Part shown: piece by piece, positions 63,723 to 64,000 of the stretch
Layout: each line of letters begins with the position of its first letter
How positions within the stretch are numbered: position 1 is the first letter of the stretch
DNA from: Obrimoposthia wandeli
Taxonomy: Eukaryota
DNA: 64,000 nt
Direction of reading: 5' to 3'
Assembly: GCA_977020255.1 (NCBI GenBank)
Contig: CDROCS010001760.1
Coordinates: 1 to 64,000 of the forward strand
Program-made: the position numbers and the translations under genes
The notes under the pieces: model-generated
Told to the model about the DNA's origin: nothing
Databases searched by the model: none
The model's input: the letters and a program-made list of their open reading frames with translations, nothing else

Positions 63723-64000
63723 CTACCAATTAATAACTTCGCCTTGCCAGTCAAGGTAGCTTGCTGTTTGGTCTAATGGCGCATCTTCAACAATATTTAG
63801 CAGCTGTTGAGCCACAAATTCAGCGCTAAAAAGTTTATTCGCGGGCACATTTTTTTGAAAAGGTTTGGATAACGGTGTATCAGTTGTCCCCGGATGAAAA
63901 GCAATTAACTTGATGTTCTTTGCGCGTCGAGCAAGCTCTATTGATGCAGTTTTTACCATCATATTTAATGCCGCTTTAGATGCGCGGTAACTATACCAAC
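63723..64000 (-). CDS. Short-chain dehydrogenase/reductase (partial, 5' end outside window)
   Basis: WYSYRASKAALNMMVKT (YxxxK), FHPGTTDTPLSKPF. Confidence 0.85.
   Translation of the reverse strand, partial: WYSYRASKAALNMMVKTASIELARRAKNIKLIAFHPGTTDTPLSKPFQKNVPANKLFSAEFVAQQLLNIVEDAPLDQTASYLDWQGEVINW

Overview
AT-rich chromosomal window from a marine gammaproteobacterium. Gene order and protein style suggest Alteromonadales, probably Colwelliaceae (inference). It is mostly core genes: yibQ-envC-gpmI, rhodanese-grxC-secB-gpsA, trmL, fieF, cpxAR/cpxP, psd-rsgA-orn, queG, nnr-tsaE-amiB-mutL-miaA-hfq-hflX-hflK-hflC, purA, malic enzyme, metJ/metB/metL, rpe-trpS and feoAB. No rRNA, tRNA or CRISPR array was recognised. 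The accessory signals are as follows. (1) An ERIC-like MITE family with TA target duplications has three near-identical copies plus one divergent copy; one copy splits a GNAT gene and one rewrites the CpxP/Spy C-terminus, and both empty sites can be rebuilt in frame. (2) A second, smaller MITE family is present. (3) An HUH/Y1 (RAYT-like) transposase is flanked by alternating CAGACACCCAT/ATGGGTGTCTG motifs that also bracket an unannotated 56-aa membrane-protein ORF, a candidate cassette-capture unit. (4) A 1225-aa hybrid sensor appears to have all phosphorelay residues degenerate. (5) A BlaI/M56-TonB pair has a visible operator. (6) Two sigma54 modules have readable enhancer sites. All calls come from reading the sequence and recalling families; no database search was run.
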